This document shows positions 39,501-52,332 of a DNA stretch of 64,000 nucleotides, one piece after another; the stretch's first letter is position 1, and each line of letters begins with the position of its first letter. The notes beneath the pieces were generated by a model. That model made no database searches, was not told the DNA's origin, and worked only from the letters and a program-made list of their open reading frames with translations. Source of the stretch: Mytilus californianus (Eukaryota); contig NW_026262690.1 in NCBI RefSeq assembly GCF_021869535.1, positions 59,458,001 through 59,522,000 of the forward strand, given 5' to 3'. The position numbers and the translations under genes are program-made.

Positions 39501-41712
39501 CTGATGGCAAAAAAGTAAAAACTCAAACATGATGCAACTATACAATACTACTGTGGTTTCAAATTAAATATGTGCAATATTTAGCAATTGCAATAAGAGG
39601 TGCCCATAATTTGAACATGCAAGCAATATTTAGGATAAAAAACTGCTGAAATCACTTTTCACATCTGCATACACATATTACTTCCATTCTATTTTACACA
39701 TTTCTTACATAACTTTCTTTTCCTCTATATTTTTGTATTTTGATATATTTAAACAAAGTTATCAACTACATCATTTTGATCAGAAATAAGTACAGGACAA
39801 TAACCTTAGAACCATCCTTAAAATAAAGGCTTTATCATATATTTATTGGATTTTTTTAATGGGGACCAATCCTTTAATAAAAGTTCAATATAAAACGTAA
39901 AATTTCAAGACAGATTTTTTCTTTTATATTACATGCTAATAGCTAAATTTGATATCTATGTTTTCCCAAATTTTTATCTTTTAAATCAGTGATACCAATT
40001 TTATTGTCAAGTTTCATCAAAAATATATATAGTGAGTTCCAGGGCTTTACACAGAACCAGTTCCTTGATATATCACCAAGGTTAATGCCTAGTGGGTAAA
40101 TGTTTTAAGCAACCCAGCTTATAAGGATATGGCACCATACAGTACAACAAACTTCAGGAAGGCATTATTATTTTTCATTGACTTGAATCACAATTGTAAT
40201 ATTTCCTTCACCTTTTACTATACCAGCTGGTATTTCCAACAACTTTATGTAAATGTGACTTGACTAAGTATTTCTCTCCATCTATAGCAGTAACTATAAT
40301 ATACCTTGTTCTTCAGAAATTTTCACTTCTAGTAAACATTCAACATTAAGTCATCTCATTATTAAAAGAGTTACTACAAAGTGGTTGACTTTCGCAGAGT
40401 TTTAATGGCCAATTAACCTGTTAGTCAGGTTTATTTTCAAGTCTTCCTTGTCTTTGATTCTGATCTTAATTAAAAGATTGCAATTACATGAGATGATGTT
40501 TTAGCAATTTTATCACAATTGCGAAAATAGCAAAAATAAAAACCTCAAAAAATTATCCACTTTACATTACTGATGCTAAAGTACTGGTATAATATGTGGT
40601 TTAAAATACTTGTAATTATTACATCATATAATCTATTAAATTAAGTATAAAGAATAATAATAAATAATAAAGCTTGCAGATAACAATGTTTTACAGTGCT
40701 GACTCCAAATGACCAATGTTTATCTCAAACAGGAAATGAATGAACAGTTGCTCTATGATCATTTTAACATGGTAGGCATATGTTTGTCAACATTTTACAT
40801 TTCGCTAACGCTTGGTATAAAGATATTGACAAATATGATGCCTACCTATGTTAAAATGAGCATAGAGCATGGCATGAATTATGTCTTAAACAAATAGATC
40901 ATATCAAATATTAAATTTCATTTCACTACAATAATAAAGCATATCTGTTACTAATATGCCAATATTTTTCACCTTTTATGTTGATTTTCTTCTGGAGGAT
41001 ATTAATTTTCTCTGACAGAATTTAGAGAGAATTAATTTCCTGCAGACAATATTATTAATTTTGGGGTCTTGCACTTATAAAGTAGATACAGTCCAATTAA
41101 AAGGACGTCTAGATTTCTGATTCTAGACGATATAATTGACAAAGTTATCATAACATCCTAAATCCATTAGATTTATTTCTCTTTATTAATTTACTTATGA
41201 AATCTTAAGGTGATAATGTTTATTCTGTCAGTTCCATCAGTAAGTATCATTTTTCTCTTTTCCTATACACATGGGGTAATCCACCACTAAGTCATTATTT
41301 GAAAGTAGTGCTAAAATAATTCATAGTTGCTAGTAATTTGTATGAGACCAATTTATTTACCATCTTATTGTCCCTTTTTCTCTCAATTTGTACAGAAGGA
41401 TCAAAGACAAGGTAGCAACTGCTAACAGAGCATAGAAATCTTGTGTTTCACTATGGGACTCATCAATTTGGCACTCAGACTCGGAGTCAAAATAATGTGT
41501 CCGGGTAGAGTGACATGTTTTCCTGCAGACTGTTACCTTGTGAACTAGCACAATAAATCCAGCTCAGTACAAAGCAGGGTTCATTACCATATTGCTCTAA
41601 CATGTTCTCATCCTGAAAGTGCATTTTATTTGCCACTGGACATTAAGCAACCAAACATCTATCCATCAATCTCTCAGGAATGCTTGTCACAGTGACTAGG
41701 GAGGAAATCAAT

Positions 41713-44706
41713 CACTGGTGTTAAACTGATAATCGTAACTGGAATTACGACAATCCCAATATAGCGACGGCAGAAATAGGTAAAATTGTTTCAGTCATTT
41801 TTCTCAAATTTAGCCCGTTGTTGTCAAGAGTTACTCAGCTGCAAGGTTTTTCTATACCATTACATCATATTTGAATCGTAACGGTGCACTATAATTGTCA
41901 AAGCGCTTAGAAAATTGCCGTCGAAAAATTCGGGATGATAATCGTAATTCGATGGCATTTTTCTTGTTTGATAATCGTAATTTCTTTATGGGATAATAGT
42001 AACTGAAAATAATAAATGTGTCTTCCAGCTTGTCAATGGTATTTTGTGTGTAAAAATGGCAATGTCCAGTTAAACGATGACATTAACGTGCAAAATAAAA
42101 AATAATGAAGCAACTTACAGGTTAATATTTAGGACAAATTTATCTACATGTATATATATCTCGATTTATAACTGACAACAATATGCATAACCTTTTAATA
42201 TATACATGTACCTGTTAAAGATATGGAAAATGAAGCAGCTGTCGAGGCAGTTATTGTGGTAAATAGATAATTTAAATTCTTTCAAAGTTTCAATGTTGTT
42301 TTCAAGTTTAGGGTTTTTTTTGGAAGTGGGGAAAAGGGGGGGGTATTAGCATTATCCCATATCCCAAAAGTGCAATCCTTTCAAATGAAAGTCCTGTATA
42401 CCACATTTCAATATGCCATATGTTTTGCCTCAAATATTGCATATATCCAATCAACTTTTAAATCAATAAAAAGGGCAGGTTAACCTCCCCTATCTCAACA
42501 TTCCCTATACCACCGGGGTGGCTGTGGGTTACTTCCTATATAAATATATAAGTTATAACATGGATCAGATTTTTGGTCTACGGCAATATATGAAAGGGGA
42601 TATTTTTTTTTAATTTCAGCAGCACGCCAGAAGTGACACCACCCCTTCCCCCGTGCCTTATACAGACCTCATTTATCATAAGATTGCTGTCAGTTTAGAG
42701 TTCCCTGTTGTTTATATTCGGGGATGGGTCCACAATGTAAAAGGGAAATAGGGGTGGGGGGTGGGGTGCTATAAACTGAACATTTATACTAAATTTCTGC
42801 GAGAAATGAACAAAATTTTCCATCAGTTACTTAGCTGCATTATTGGATTTAACAGTTGATACTTTGATTGGTGGATATGAGTTTTCATTTTGCCCTTTTC
42901 CTTATATTTCAATAGAAATACATATAGTTGAATTTTGGAGTGAAATGTATCCCGGTTAAAATAGCCGTTCATATTTTTCAAGTGAATTCACTTTTGTTCT
43001 GTTTTACACTGATATTTCATATGATTTTAAAAATTAAATTCAAGTATTTTGATTAAATACCTATGTATTTTAGGACGTTTTTTTAAACAGGGTGGATGGT
43101 AAAGGATCTAGAATAGTTACCAGTTTATTGTTACTATTGTTTATTGTTACTTGTGTTTATTGTTCCTTGTGTTAATTGTTCCTTGTGTTTATTGTTACTT
43201 GTGTTTATTGTTCCTTGTGTTTATTGTTACTTGTGTTTATTGTTCCATGTTTATTGTTACTTGTGTTTATTGTTACTTGTGTTTATTGTTTTTATTAGCC
43301 TTAACTAAATGGCGCGTATAGTCTTGCGAAGTATTTGAAGGACTGAAAAAAAAACCACAAATATATATTATCAAATTGAGAATGGAAATATATGTGTATT
43401 GGTCCTCAGAAGGCATAATATGTAGATCATCACGGTCGAAACTGGTTTAATTACAAAGACTTTAATAGATAATCAATCAAATATTTTGAGCTTCAGAAAA
43501 ATGCATGACAATTATGAAAGGCTAATTTTTGTTTTCATTTGATAGAAAAGTATTAAGTATATGGTAATTATGCAAGTACAAAAATGTTCTTTGTTACCTT
43601 TAATATTTTTTCTCTACAATAACTTCCATGCATATGTATGCAGCATATTTTTCATATACCAAGTATTTATGATTTCTTAAGTTGCAGTCATTCTTTGAAT
43701 AAATATAGCTTGTAAGGTAAATTAAGGCCACATCAATTTGATTTCTTGATCTTCTGGCTTTTGGCCAAACTATTAAAGAACACAAATCCATGTTTGCCAA
43801 TGAACTCCACGTCACCATGTGCTTAACTCCATAACAAACAAAGCATTCCAACTTTTCTCTACTCTTATATTATCTTTAAACGTTTAAAGGATGTCATATT
43901 ATTAGAATGCCAAACTAAATTGGTGTTGTTAAAATTTATAGTTATTTTCTGAGATATCGAAATGTCAGTGACGGTCATGAAGTAGCTAAGCATTTTTATA
44001 GTATTTATGGGCTATACAACTTTTTGCACATTCAAAAAGGTGTGACATTTGTTTTCAAGTCCGTATTTAAATAGAATACCAAACAATATTTCTTTTTAAC
44101 TCTAAACATGAAGAGATCATGATGACATTTTTTTAAATTTTCTCCCATATTTTGTGACGGTCTTAGTTCCTGGAGTTTTCAGTATTTTAACATAGTTCGT
44201 GTTTCCCCATTTACAAATTTATAGAAGTAGTCCCCCTTCCAATTTTATGATATATACTAGTATGTAGCTGTTTACATTTGAACTGTTAATCATATATGCA
44301 CAAAAAGAAATGTCATAAGATGTGGGAACGTTTTCGTGATTAATTCATCACCATATTTTCATCATATGCTTTTATGTAGACGTATTTCGTGTCAATACCA
44401 ATCAAACACTATCCAGTTACGATTATCTTTTTATTTATTAATACCGAAATTACGATTATCATTTTTGAGAGTTACAATTATCATCCCGAATTTTTCGACG
44501 GCAATTTTCTAAGCGCTTAGGCAATTATAGTGCACCATTACGATTCAAATATGATGTAATGGTATAGAAAAACCTTGCAGCTGAGTAACTCTTGACAACA
44601 ATGGGCTACATTTGAGAAAAATGACCGAAAAGATTTTACCTATTTCTGCCGTCGCCATATTGGGATCGTCGGAATTCCAATTACGATTATCAGTTTAACA
44701 CCAGTG
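41713..44706. mobile_element. ~3-kb non-autonomous DNA transposon with CACTG termini and ~235-bp TIRs
   Basis: 41713-41947 is the reverse complement of ~44470-44706 (about a dozen mismatches); ATCAAT lies directly on both flanks; repeated GATAATCGTAA subterminal motifs; no transposase ORF. Confidence 0.85.
43123..43290. repeat. 16-bp minisatellite, about 10 copies, inside the 3-kb element
   Basis: tttattgtt(a/c)cttgtg repeated. Confidence 0.9.
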
Positions 44707-45141
44707 ATCAATGCAGTCATGGAAAAGTCACTTTATGCCTTAATGACATGTAGAATATAAGTTTAGGAAAATTCCTCAATTGATGTTTTAACTTAGGTGT
44801 ATCAAATTTTAAGTTGACTGTTAAGAGTTTTATCACAGAAAGAAGTACAGTTTAATCTTTTTAACCAGACATGCATGAAGCTATTTAACAGTTAATTCCA
44901 TCAAGTATTTGTTTTTGAACAGTTTACTTAAAAGTATATGAAAACAATGATTACATTTGATTACATTTGGTATATGGAAAACTAAAGCCACAGTATGTAA
45001 TTCTGTAGACTATTTTTTTCATTACAAAAGATTCTAGCTATTACTATACTGGTATATTTGGAATGAGCACTATGAATACTTTAAAGTGAGGTAATAAAAT
45101 GTGCATCTTTAAGACTAAAAGTGTACTCATTTTTTCGTTAC

Positions 45142-45302
45142 CTCTCTCGATTTTCTTTTAACCACTAGATGGTGCCACTGGTTATCATCAAATCTGTAGC
45201 CATTGGCTGGCAAAAGTTCTTCCCATGGGCCAGATCCTAAGTTGACTCGGACAAACACACCTCCATTTCTTAGAGTGATGATGATATGGTCTGTCTTATC
45301 AC
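45142..45302 (-). CDS. Nrx-1: Neurexin exon 3: LNS2 (not in ORF track)
   Basis: tttag|(G)DKTDHIIITLRNGGVFVRVNLGSGPWEELLPANGYRFDDNQWHHLVVKRKSRE|gtaacg; 161 nt, phase 1 to 0. Confidence 0.93.
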
Positions 45303-46886
45303 CTAAACAAATGACAATACAAGTCTGACTTATTTTGATGCAATCAACAAAAATGTAAACTGTAATGTATTACACCAGAAAAATAATTTTTCTTCTTTGC
45401 TAACATTAACAAAACTTATAGCTTCCATACCAATTAAAAGAGCATACTTGTTGAAATGCTATTTTAAAATAATATGAGCCATATGTGGAGCAGGATCTGC
45501 TTACCTCTCCAGAGCACCTGACGTCACCGTGGTTCTTTTGGTTGGGTTTTTGTTGCTCAGTCTTTAGTTTTCTATGTTGTGTTTTTTTATGCCATGGCAT
45601 TGTCAGTTCATTTTTGACTTATGAGTTCAAATGTCCCTTTGGTAGCTTTCACCTCTCTTTTTGAAAATTATTGAGAACAAATTCTTCAGGTATTGCAAAA
45701 ATATTTTGACCATAATTCATCTTTATACATAATATGGATTATCAAGCTCCTCTAAAAATCTAAAAATATTAAACTTCATAAAAATAGTTACCACAGTCAC
45801 CACTGCATATTTATGTGCTTGTGGTGTATGCATAGGAATGTGTCCCTGTGCTTGTGGTGTATGCCCTTATGTAGTTAAGGTTGTCTGCTTGTGAAATTAA
45901 TATGAGAACAGCTGTACTTAAAAAAGATATTTAATCCATATCAATAATTTTGTATATGAAATCTTGTGGCAAAGTATCTTTTGAGGTAAGGCTGTTGTTC
46001 ATATCTAAATATTAACTGGAAGACCACAAAATAAAGCAGTTTTGGCAACTTTCCTCAACTGCTAGAAGTTTGAAAGTCTTAAGCAGATATCAAAGTCAAA
46101 ATTAATTGTTTTTGTTACTGATATCTAATTGACTAATGTTATATAAACATCTAAAGAATGTAATTTGATAGATTTATAGAACTTTGTAAATTTGGGATTA
46201 TAGTCTTTTTTACCTTATCCTTGTTCTGTAAAAGTCTTCCAGAGAGGAGGATAAGGGTAAATACAATTAAACAAAGATTCTTAGAACTAATTCAAATCTG
46301 TACTTCAATTTTACGCATTTATAAAACTGTATTGGACATGCAGATTTAAAAAAAATTAACTGTAACAGTGTGTTTTATTGGAAGAAAATAGTTTCAGAGC
46401 AATAAATCTGACTGATATCTTTCAAAGTTAATTAACGTCAAACAATATAACAATAAATGACATATTTTATAAAGGTTTCCATTAACTTAATTACTCTACA
46501 TTTCAACAGATAGTATTTCACAGAGAAGAATCTCTTATAAAATCAAGATTCAAATAAAATCAACATGCAAATTATAAAACAATATAAAATACTGTATCTT
46601 TTTATTGACATTAATGCTTTGAGGAAGATTTATGTACATTGAAAATTGTTTCCAAATAATTCATGACAAATAATTTATAGAAACCTGCTTAAAAATCAAT
46701 AAAATAGAACTAGCTTTATAATTTGAGCTGTATCTATTTTGTTCACCATAAGTAGGCTCTTTGTACTGCAACGAACCTGATCAGACTTTTATCAAACGAA
46801 AACAGGGGATTACAACAACAGAGAAAATCCTCTGTATTGTTGTTGATTAATATAAGCTATTCTTACACACATATAAAGCTTCTTAC

Positions 46887-47042
46887 CTATAAAAAATAGT
46901 AATCCATCAGGTTGCTGAGTACGGAAATAAAGATCAATCTCATCTTCGTTGCTCTGTAGACCATCATCAGTGTTGTTATCTTTCACAAAATTATACATGA
47001 GGTACTGTGTTCCAAGCAAAGTTACTTCTGTTGGAGTTTTTT
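46887..47042 (-). CDS. Nrx-1: Neurexin exon 2: start of LNS2
   Basis: ttttcag|AA..(E)KTPTEVTLLGTQYLMYNF..DEIDLYFRTQQPDGLLFFI G|gtaaga; 156 nt, phase 1 to 1. Confidence 0.93.
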
Positions 47043-47096
47043 CTGAAAAGAAAAACATAATATTTATCAGATATTGAACTTTTCTATCAAACACAT

Positions 47097-47293
47097 GAGG
47101 GGGGTAGGACCTTTATCGGGACTCCGGGATCGGGTGTTTTTAAGCTCGGGATTTCGGGATTGATCCTTTCGGGATCCGGGAATTCTTTTTCGAAATTTCG
47201 GGATGTCGGATTTATTTTTTTAAATTCGGGACATCGGGATTCCATGTTTTTAAGCCCGGGATTTTGGGATCAGGACCCCTCCTACCCCCCCTC
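47097..47293. mobile_element. 197-bp MITE with internal CGGGA repeats
   Basis: TIR GAGGGGGGTAGGA / TCCTACCCCCCCTC; ACACAT on both flanks; 10 exact CGGGA copies. Confidence 0.8.
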
Positions 47294-50200
47294 ACACATG
47301 TAAACATGCATGTTCTGGATTTTTAATAAACAGCAAAAACCATACATGTGTTCAATCAATTTCTTTCAAAGGTCAATTTAATTCTTGATTTTTAGAGCTT
47401 TTAAAAATATGTTAGCTGTTGAAATTAGATTGTATGGTTCATGTGACACTCCTCGAATCAGGTAGCATTATCTGAGAGTTCCCAAGGCAAGTGTCACTTC
47501 AACACCAATCATTATTATAACTGTCATGAAAGTCAAAGGGGCATATTCTAAAATTTGCAACCAATCTCCATCTATTAGATTTAGTTAATTTTTCTTTGAG
47601 GTTTAATACTGAGAAACCCAATGATGCATATCAATCTTTTGCCAATATAAAGTATACTTGAGTGACTCTGGATAAATTTCATGTGTAGGATATAATCTTC
47701 CATAGAATCAACATATTGTGATAATTCTCCCACTACAGTAAAAATGTAAGGTGAAAGATAAGCCTGGAATATTTGAGTCACAATGACCTACATTTTGTGC
47801 TTCAATTGATTTGTCTAATTATTTGTATTTAGGTCCACAATGTGATTTGAAATGTCATACTCTGATATAGTAAACAAAACTTTTATTGCACAATTACCTA
47901 CATATTCATATCTAATTGAGTACATTTGGTTATGTTTTCAATTAGGGGAGCATCTGATACCTTTAGTATCATAACACTGATATATCACATATCAAAGCTA
48001 CAATCTTCTTATAAAATCTGTCTACATTCTAGAACATTTTAATGACTAGGTCTATTTCTGTGTCCAATAAGTGACTAAAAGCAAAATATAATTGGTTTTT
48101 TTTTCAGATTTTTATAAAATTTTGTATGATTTACATTTAAATACATATAAAATGATTGTAAGAAATAATTTCTACTTCTAGGGATGCAATCAGTTCAAAA
48201 GTTGTGAAATACATCTATAAATGTACAGAAATGCATATAAAAGGTGTCATAAAATGTATATCTTTCCAGTTTAAATGGTGATTTCTTGAAAAATGATATG
48301 AAATTAAAATGGTGTCCCCAGCTTCATAACTTCAGTACATTCATTTAGTCTAGATCATTGTAGAGTAATCATAAATAGGACAAAATAATCAGAATATCAT
48401 GACAGAGTCACACTGCAAAATTGTAATTTACATGTTATTCTTCACTCAAACCATCAAATGAAATTCATGTCCACAGCACAACGAAACTGATGATCTCTAA
48501 TAGCATTAAAACAGAAATGTTTACAGCAATAACATATCATTTCTAAACAAAATTACAAGGAAGGAATTTTCTAAATCGAAATAATTCTTTTACAGCACTT
48601 AAACAGTAAAAGACTTTTTTAGAAACTCTTATTATAATTGATTTTATCTCTGGAAGTTTAAACCCTGCTTGTATCTATTTGGATATTCAGATGCTGCCCT
48701 ACTAGTTCTAAAAACATAGATTTCATAAAATTATAGATGCCTACAGAAATAGAACCTAAATTGGTTGCTTTTCTATATTAATCTGCAATATAATTTTCAT
48801 ACAAATTTTTAATAAATTATAGCAAGTTAAATTTCTGCATATCAAATCATTGTAAATAATATTGCAATCAATAAAATGCAAGGTTCCAATTTCAGTGGCT
48901 TTCAGGAAAGTATTTTCTTTCAATTATTAAATTTACCTTTCTTTGAAATACAACACTTTTGTCTGATTTGTGATGATAACTGCAAATTTTGAGAAGCTAT
49001 AATCAATAGAAATTATGTAAGAAGTGAGAAGTACATCCCTTTTTTCTCAGTGTTACTCAGTCAATACATAACCTTTAACATTGTTTTTTTTTCTTTTTTC
49101 TAATTTTTGTTGAAGTCTGTTGATGAATAGCATAAATGCAGAAAAAATTCTTCACTTCTAATTCGAAATGTATTCATGTGAGAGCTTATCCCAATTACAT
49201 TTAAACCTGAATGTCAAATTTTACTACTAATTCTCTCCATTTACCACTAGAATTTTGTAATTTATAAAATGCATTGATTTTACAGGAAAAAATCATGAAA
49301 CCTATATAGTCCAAATTACAGTTAATCACCCATCATCTTCAATCAAACAATTTTCAATAAGCAGAAAATTTTGATTGAATATCTATTGTTGTGTATGCAA
49401 AGTGCAAACAGTCTTGCCTGGTGAGCTAACTTCGCCTTGCATAAAAGGTGATTAAATAACAAGTTGGCTCTGTTGACTTAATACCAATATTGGGGTTTGG
49501 AATCAATTTCTATTCAAACTATGATTTGTGAGCTTCATCAACTCCTTTTCAATACTATGAAATTGACTGGCTGATTTTTATGGGAATTTACTATAATGGC
49601 ATTCACTCCTAAATAAACTCTACTGAGCTGATTTTTTTTTCTCAATTGAAGTGGAAAAAAAACACGCATTAAAGTTTTTATATTTTTCATACCTATTTCC
49701 ATAAATGTCCACTGCTTTGTCAAACAGCGGGGAAAATGATTTTAATGTAGATTTACATGACCAAAAGAATTATTAGCTAGATTTGATTGTAAGCCATAAA
49801 ACCATTTAGTATATTGTCATTTTCTTGGTCAGAATTAATAGAATAAGTGGCTTTTATCATGCCAAAATCAAAGCCTCTTCTCATAAAAATTTGAATAAGA
49901 ATCTGATTTGATTTCTGGTTTCCTTATGTGGTTGCTGAGTTGCTGTGTTACTGAAACATCAATATAGACATAGCCTACAAGGCACTATCTAAACTCTAGG
50001 TCAGCAATTAGCCCCCCTTTTCAAAGGGCCTGTTAAATTAGTAGTAATCACAATAATGGTACGTAGGTATAATTCCTGACATTGCTGCAAGGTCTAGATA
50101 TGCTATTTAAAGATTGATTGAGTAAATAACTGTTGAATGGCCTGTCAGATCAGATTTACAAACTTTTTAAAACGACATACAAACTAAGCAAGAAATGTAG

Positions 50201-50396
50201 TTTAAAAACTATTCTACATGCTAATAAATGGAATTGTTCATCTAAAAACAAAATTTACAGTAGAAAAAGCTTGTATCAAAAATTTTTACAAACTAATTAA
50301 CTAATATAGTTTGTCAATAAAGCTGCTTTTAATTCATTAGGACTGAGTGCTGACATGATTTAATGCTAATATGACCAAAATATGTATAGATTGTCA

Positions 50397-50537
50397 GGTT
50401 TTCGACACTGATATCGTAAAATATCAGCCATGAGCCACAATGTCAACCTTTTTGGCAAGTGAGCGCAGCGAACGAATCAAAAAGCTTCAACTTGTGTCAA
50501 CTGGCTGATATTTTTCAATATCTATATGTAGAAAACC
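50397..50537. repeat. Small foldback repeat with internal inverted arms
   Basis: ggttttc..gatat..aaaatatcagcc versus ggctgatatttt..atatc..gaaaacc, around a gagcgcagcgaacga centre. Confidence 0.45.
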
Positions 50538-50589
50538 AAATAATCTGTTTCTTGTTCTATTACTGGTCTTTTTCCCCTCCCTAATATAA

Positions 50590-51000
50590 ATAAGAAGATG
50601 TGGTATGAGTGCCAATGAGACAACTCTCCATCCAAGTCACAATGTGTAAAAAGTAAACAATTATAGGTCAAAGTAAGGCCTTCAACACAGAGCCTTGGCT
50701 CACACTGAACAGCAAGCTATAAAGGGCCCCAAAATGTGTAAAACAATTCAAACAGGAAAACCAATGGTCTAATATATATAAAAAACAAGAAACGAGAAAC
50801 ACTTATGAACCACACCAACAAACGATAACCACTGAACTACAGGCTCCTGACTTCAGGCGCATACAAATGCAGTGGGTTTAAACGTTTTAACAGGCGCCAA
50901 CCTTCACACTAACCTGAAACAGTAGTGTAACATTACAACATAAAAAGACACACTATAAAATACCAATTGAAATGGCTTAACTCGATCAAAAAGACATAAG
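50590..51000. repeat. Abundant dispersed repeat (aataagaagatgtggtatga..gagacaactctcc..ggccttcaaca)
   Basis: Fragments recur at ~11147, 23915-24250, 31250-31400 (reverse), 54770-54870 (reverse) and 59480-59550 (reverse). Confidence 0.6.
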
Positions 51001-51648
51001 ACAGATTTATATTTGTCAAGCTTGAAAACGTCTCAATATACAATGTGATGACGCTAATAACTTCTCCTCACACATTGTGACGTTGCTGATAATGCCTACT
51101 CAGGCCTCAAAGCTGTAATACTATCATTACAGAGCAGAGGTGGTGTGATATAGGCAAAGGGAAGGACAATAATTAATGTAATCACCCAGTTAAAGTTTCT
51201 TTTTAAGAAATAGTTTATGTTTAGCTTACATCTGCCTACAGTTGACTGAAGAATGTATGGTGTGACCCATAATTTTGTTGTTGTCTTTTTTGTTACTGGG
51301 TTGCTGTCTCATTGATGTATACCCCACATAACCTTGGATCAAATTAACACTTCAGGTAGTTGAAAAACTATTACCTGAAATGAATTAAGCATATGGATCA
51401 TTGTTGTGAAGTGTTAAAATTGTTCCACATACATTGTCAGGTGGAAGGAAAAAAATCACACAAAGTATCAGTATTTCTCTTAAAGTAGTGTACAAGTCAG
51501 AAGCCGAAAAAAAAATATAATATAAGGTACATTCAAATGAAGGGCTTTTTTTTTTTGAACATCAAGACAGAGATTCCAACATCATGGACATAAATTTCTG
51601 TTGCTGATGAACAACAACACATGATTTAACTCCAAGAGGTGAAAAATT

Positions 51649-52202
51649 AACAAGCATTCTGTGAATATTGCATGGCAATACATAGTCCCCTACTAAAAAT
51701 TCATTGTATTGGAACAAAATTCTAACTTGATCTTTAACTTGCCATGGTGTAAACTATATTACAAATATCAAGTCAATATATTCAAGCATGACGAAAAAAA
51801 GTGTTAAAAACTGATTATTTAAGTGAATTTCTAAGTCCAAGGACCATAACTCTGCACAAAATCATCAGACCGGTACAAAATTCAAACTTGAACTGTAACT
51901 TGTCATGATAAAATTATATATCAATATCTTCAAGAATGACAAAAAAAAGTGTGGAAAACTGATTATTTGAGTGAATTTTCTAAGTCCAAGGACCATAACT
52001 CTGCACAAAATCATCAGACCGGAACAAAATTTGAACTTGATCTGTAACTTGTCATGATAAAACAATACACTAAATATCAAATCAATATCTTCAAGCATGA
52101 AGAAAAAAAGTGTGGAATATGATTTGCCCGACTGACGTATGGACAGACAGACAGACAGTCGGCAAACCTAAAGTCCCCTTCGACTTCGTCGGTAGGGGAC
52201 TA
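51649..52202 (+). mobile_element. HINE/pearl-like element (2 cores of ~150 bp)
   Basis: aacaag start; agtcccct at 5' and 3' plus inverted aggggact; (GACA)n. Confidence 0.72.
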
Positions 52203-52207
52203 ATAAG

Positions 52208-52332
52208 CCAGATTGATGGACAACCTTATTATCAGTGGTTCTTATAAGGGTGGTTAGCAGGTCTCTAAAGCCAGACTGATGGACAACCTTATTATCCTTG
52301 GTTCCTATGAGGGCTGTTCGCAGGTCTCTAAT
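52208..52332. repeat. ~62-bp imperfect tandem duplication
   Basis: gccaga(t/c)tgatggacaaccttattatc..gcaggtctctaa present twice. Confidence 0.75.
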
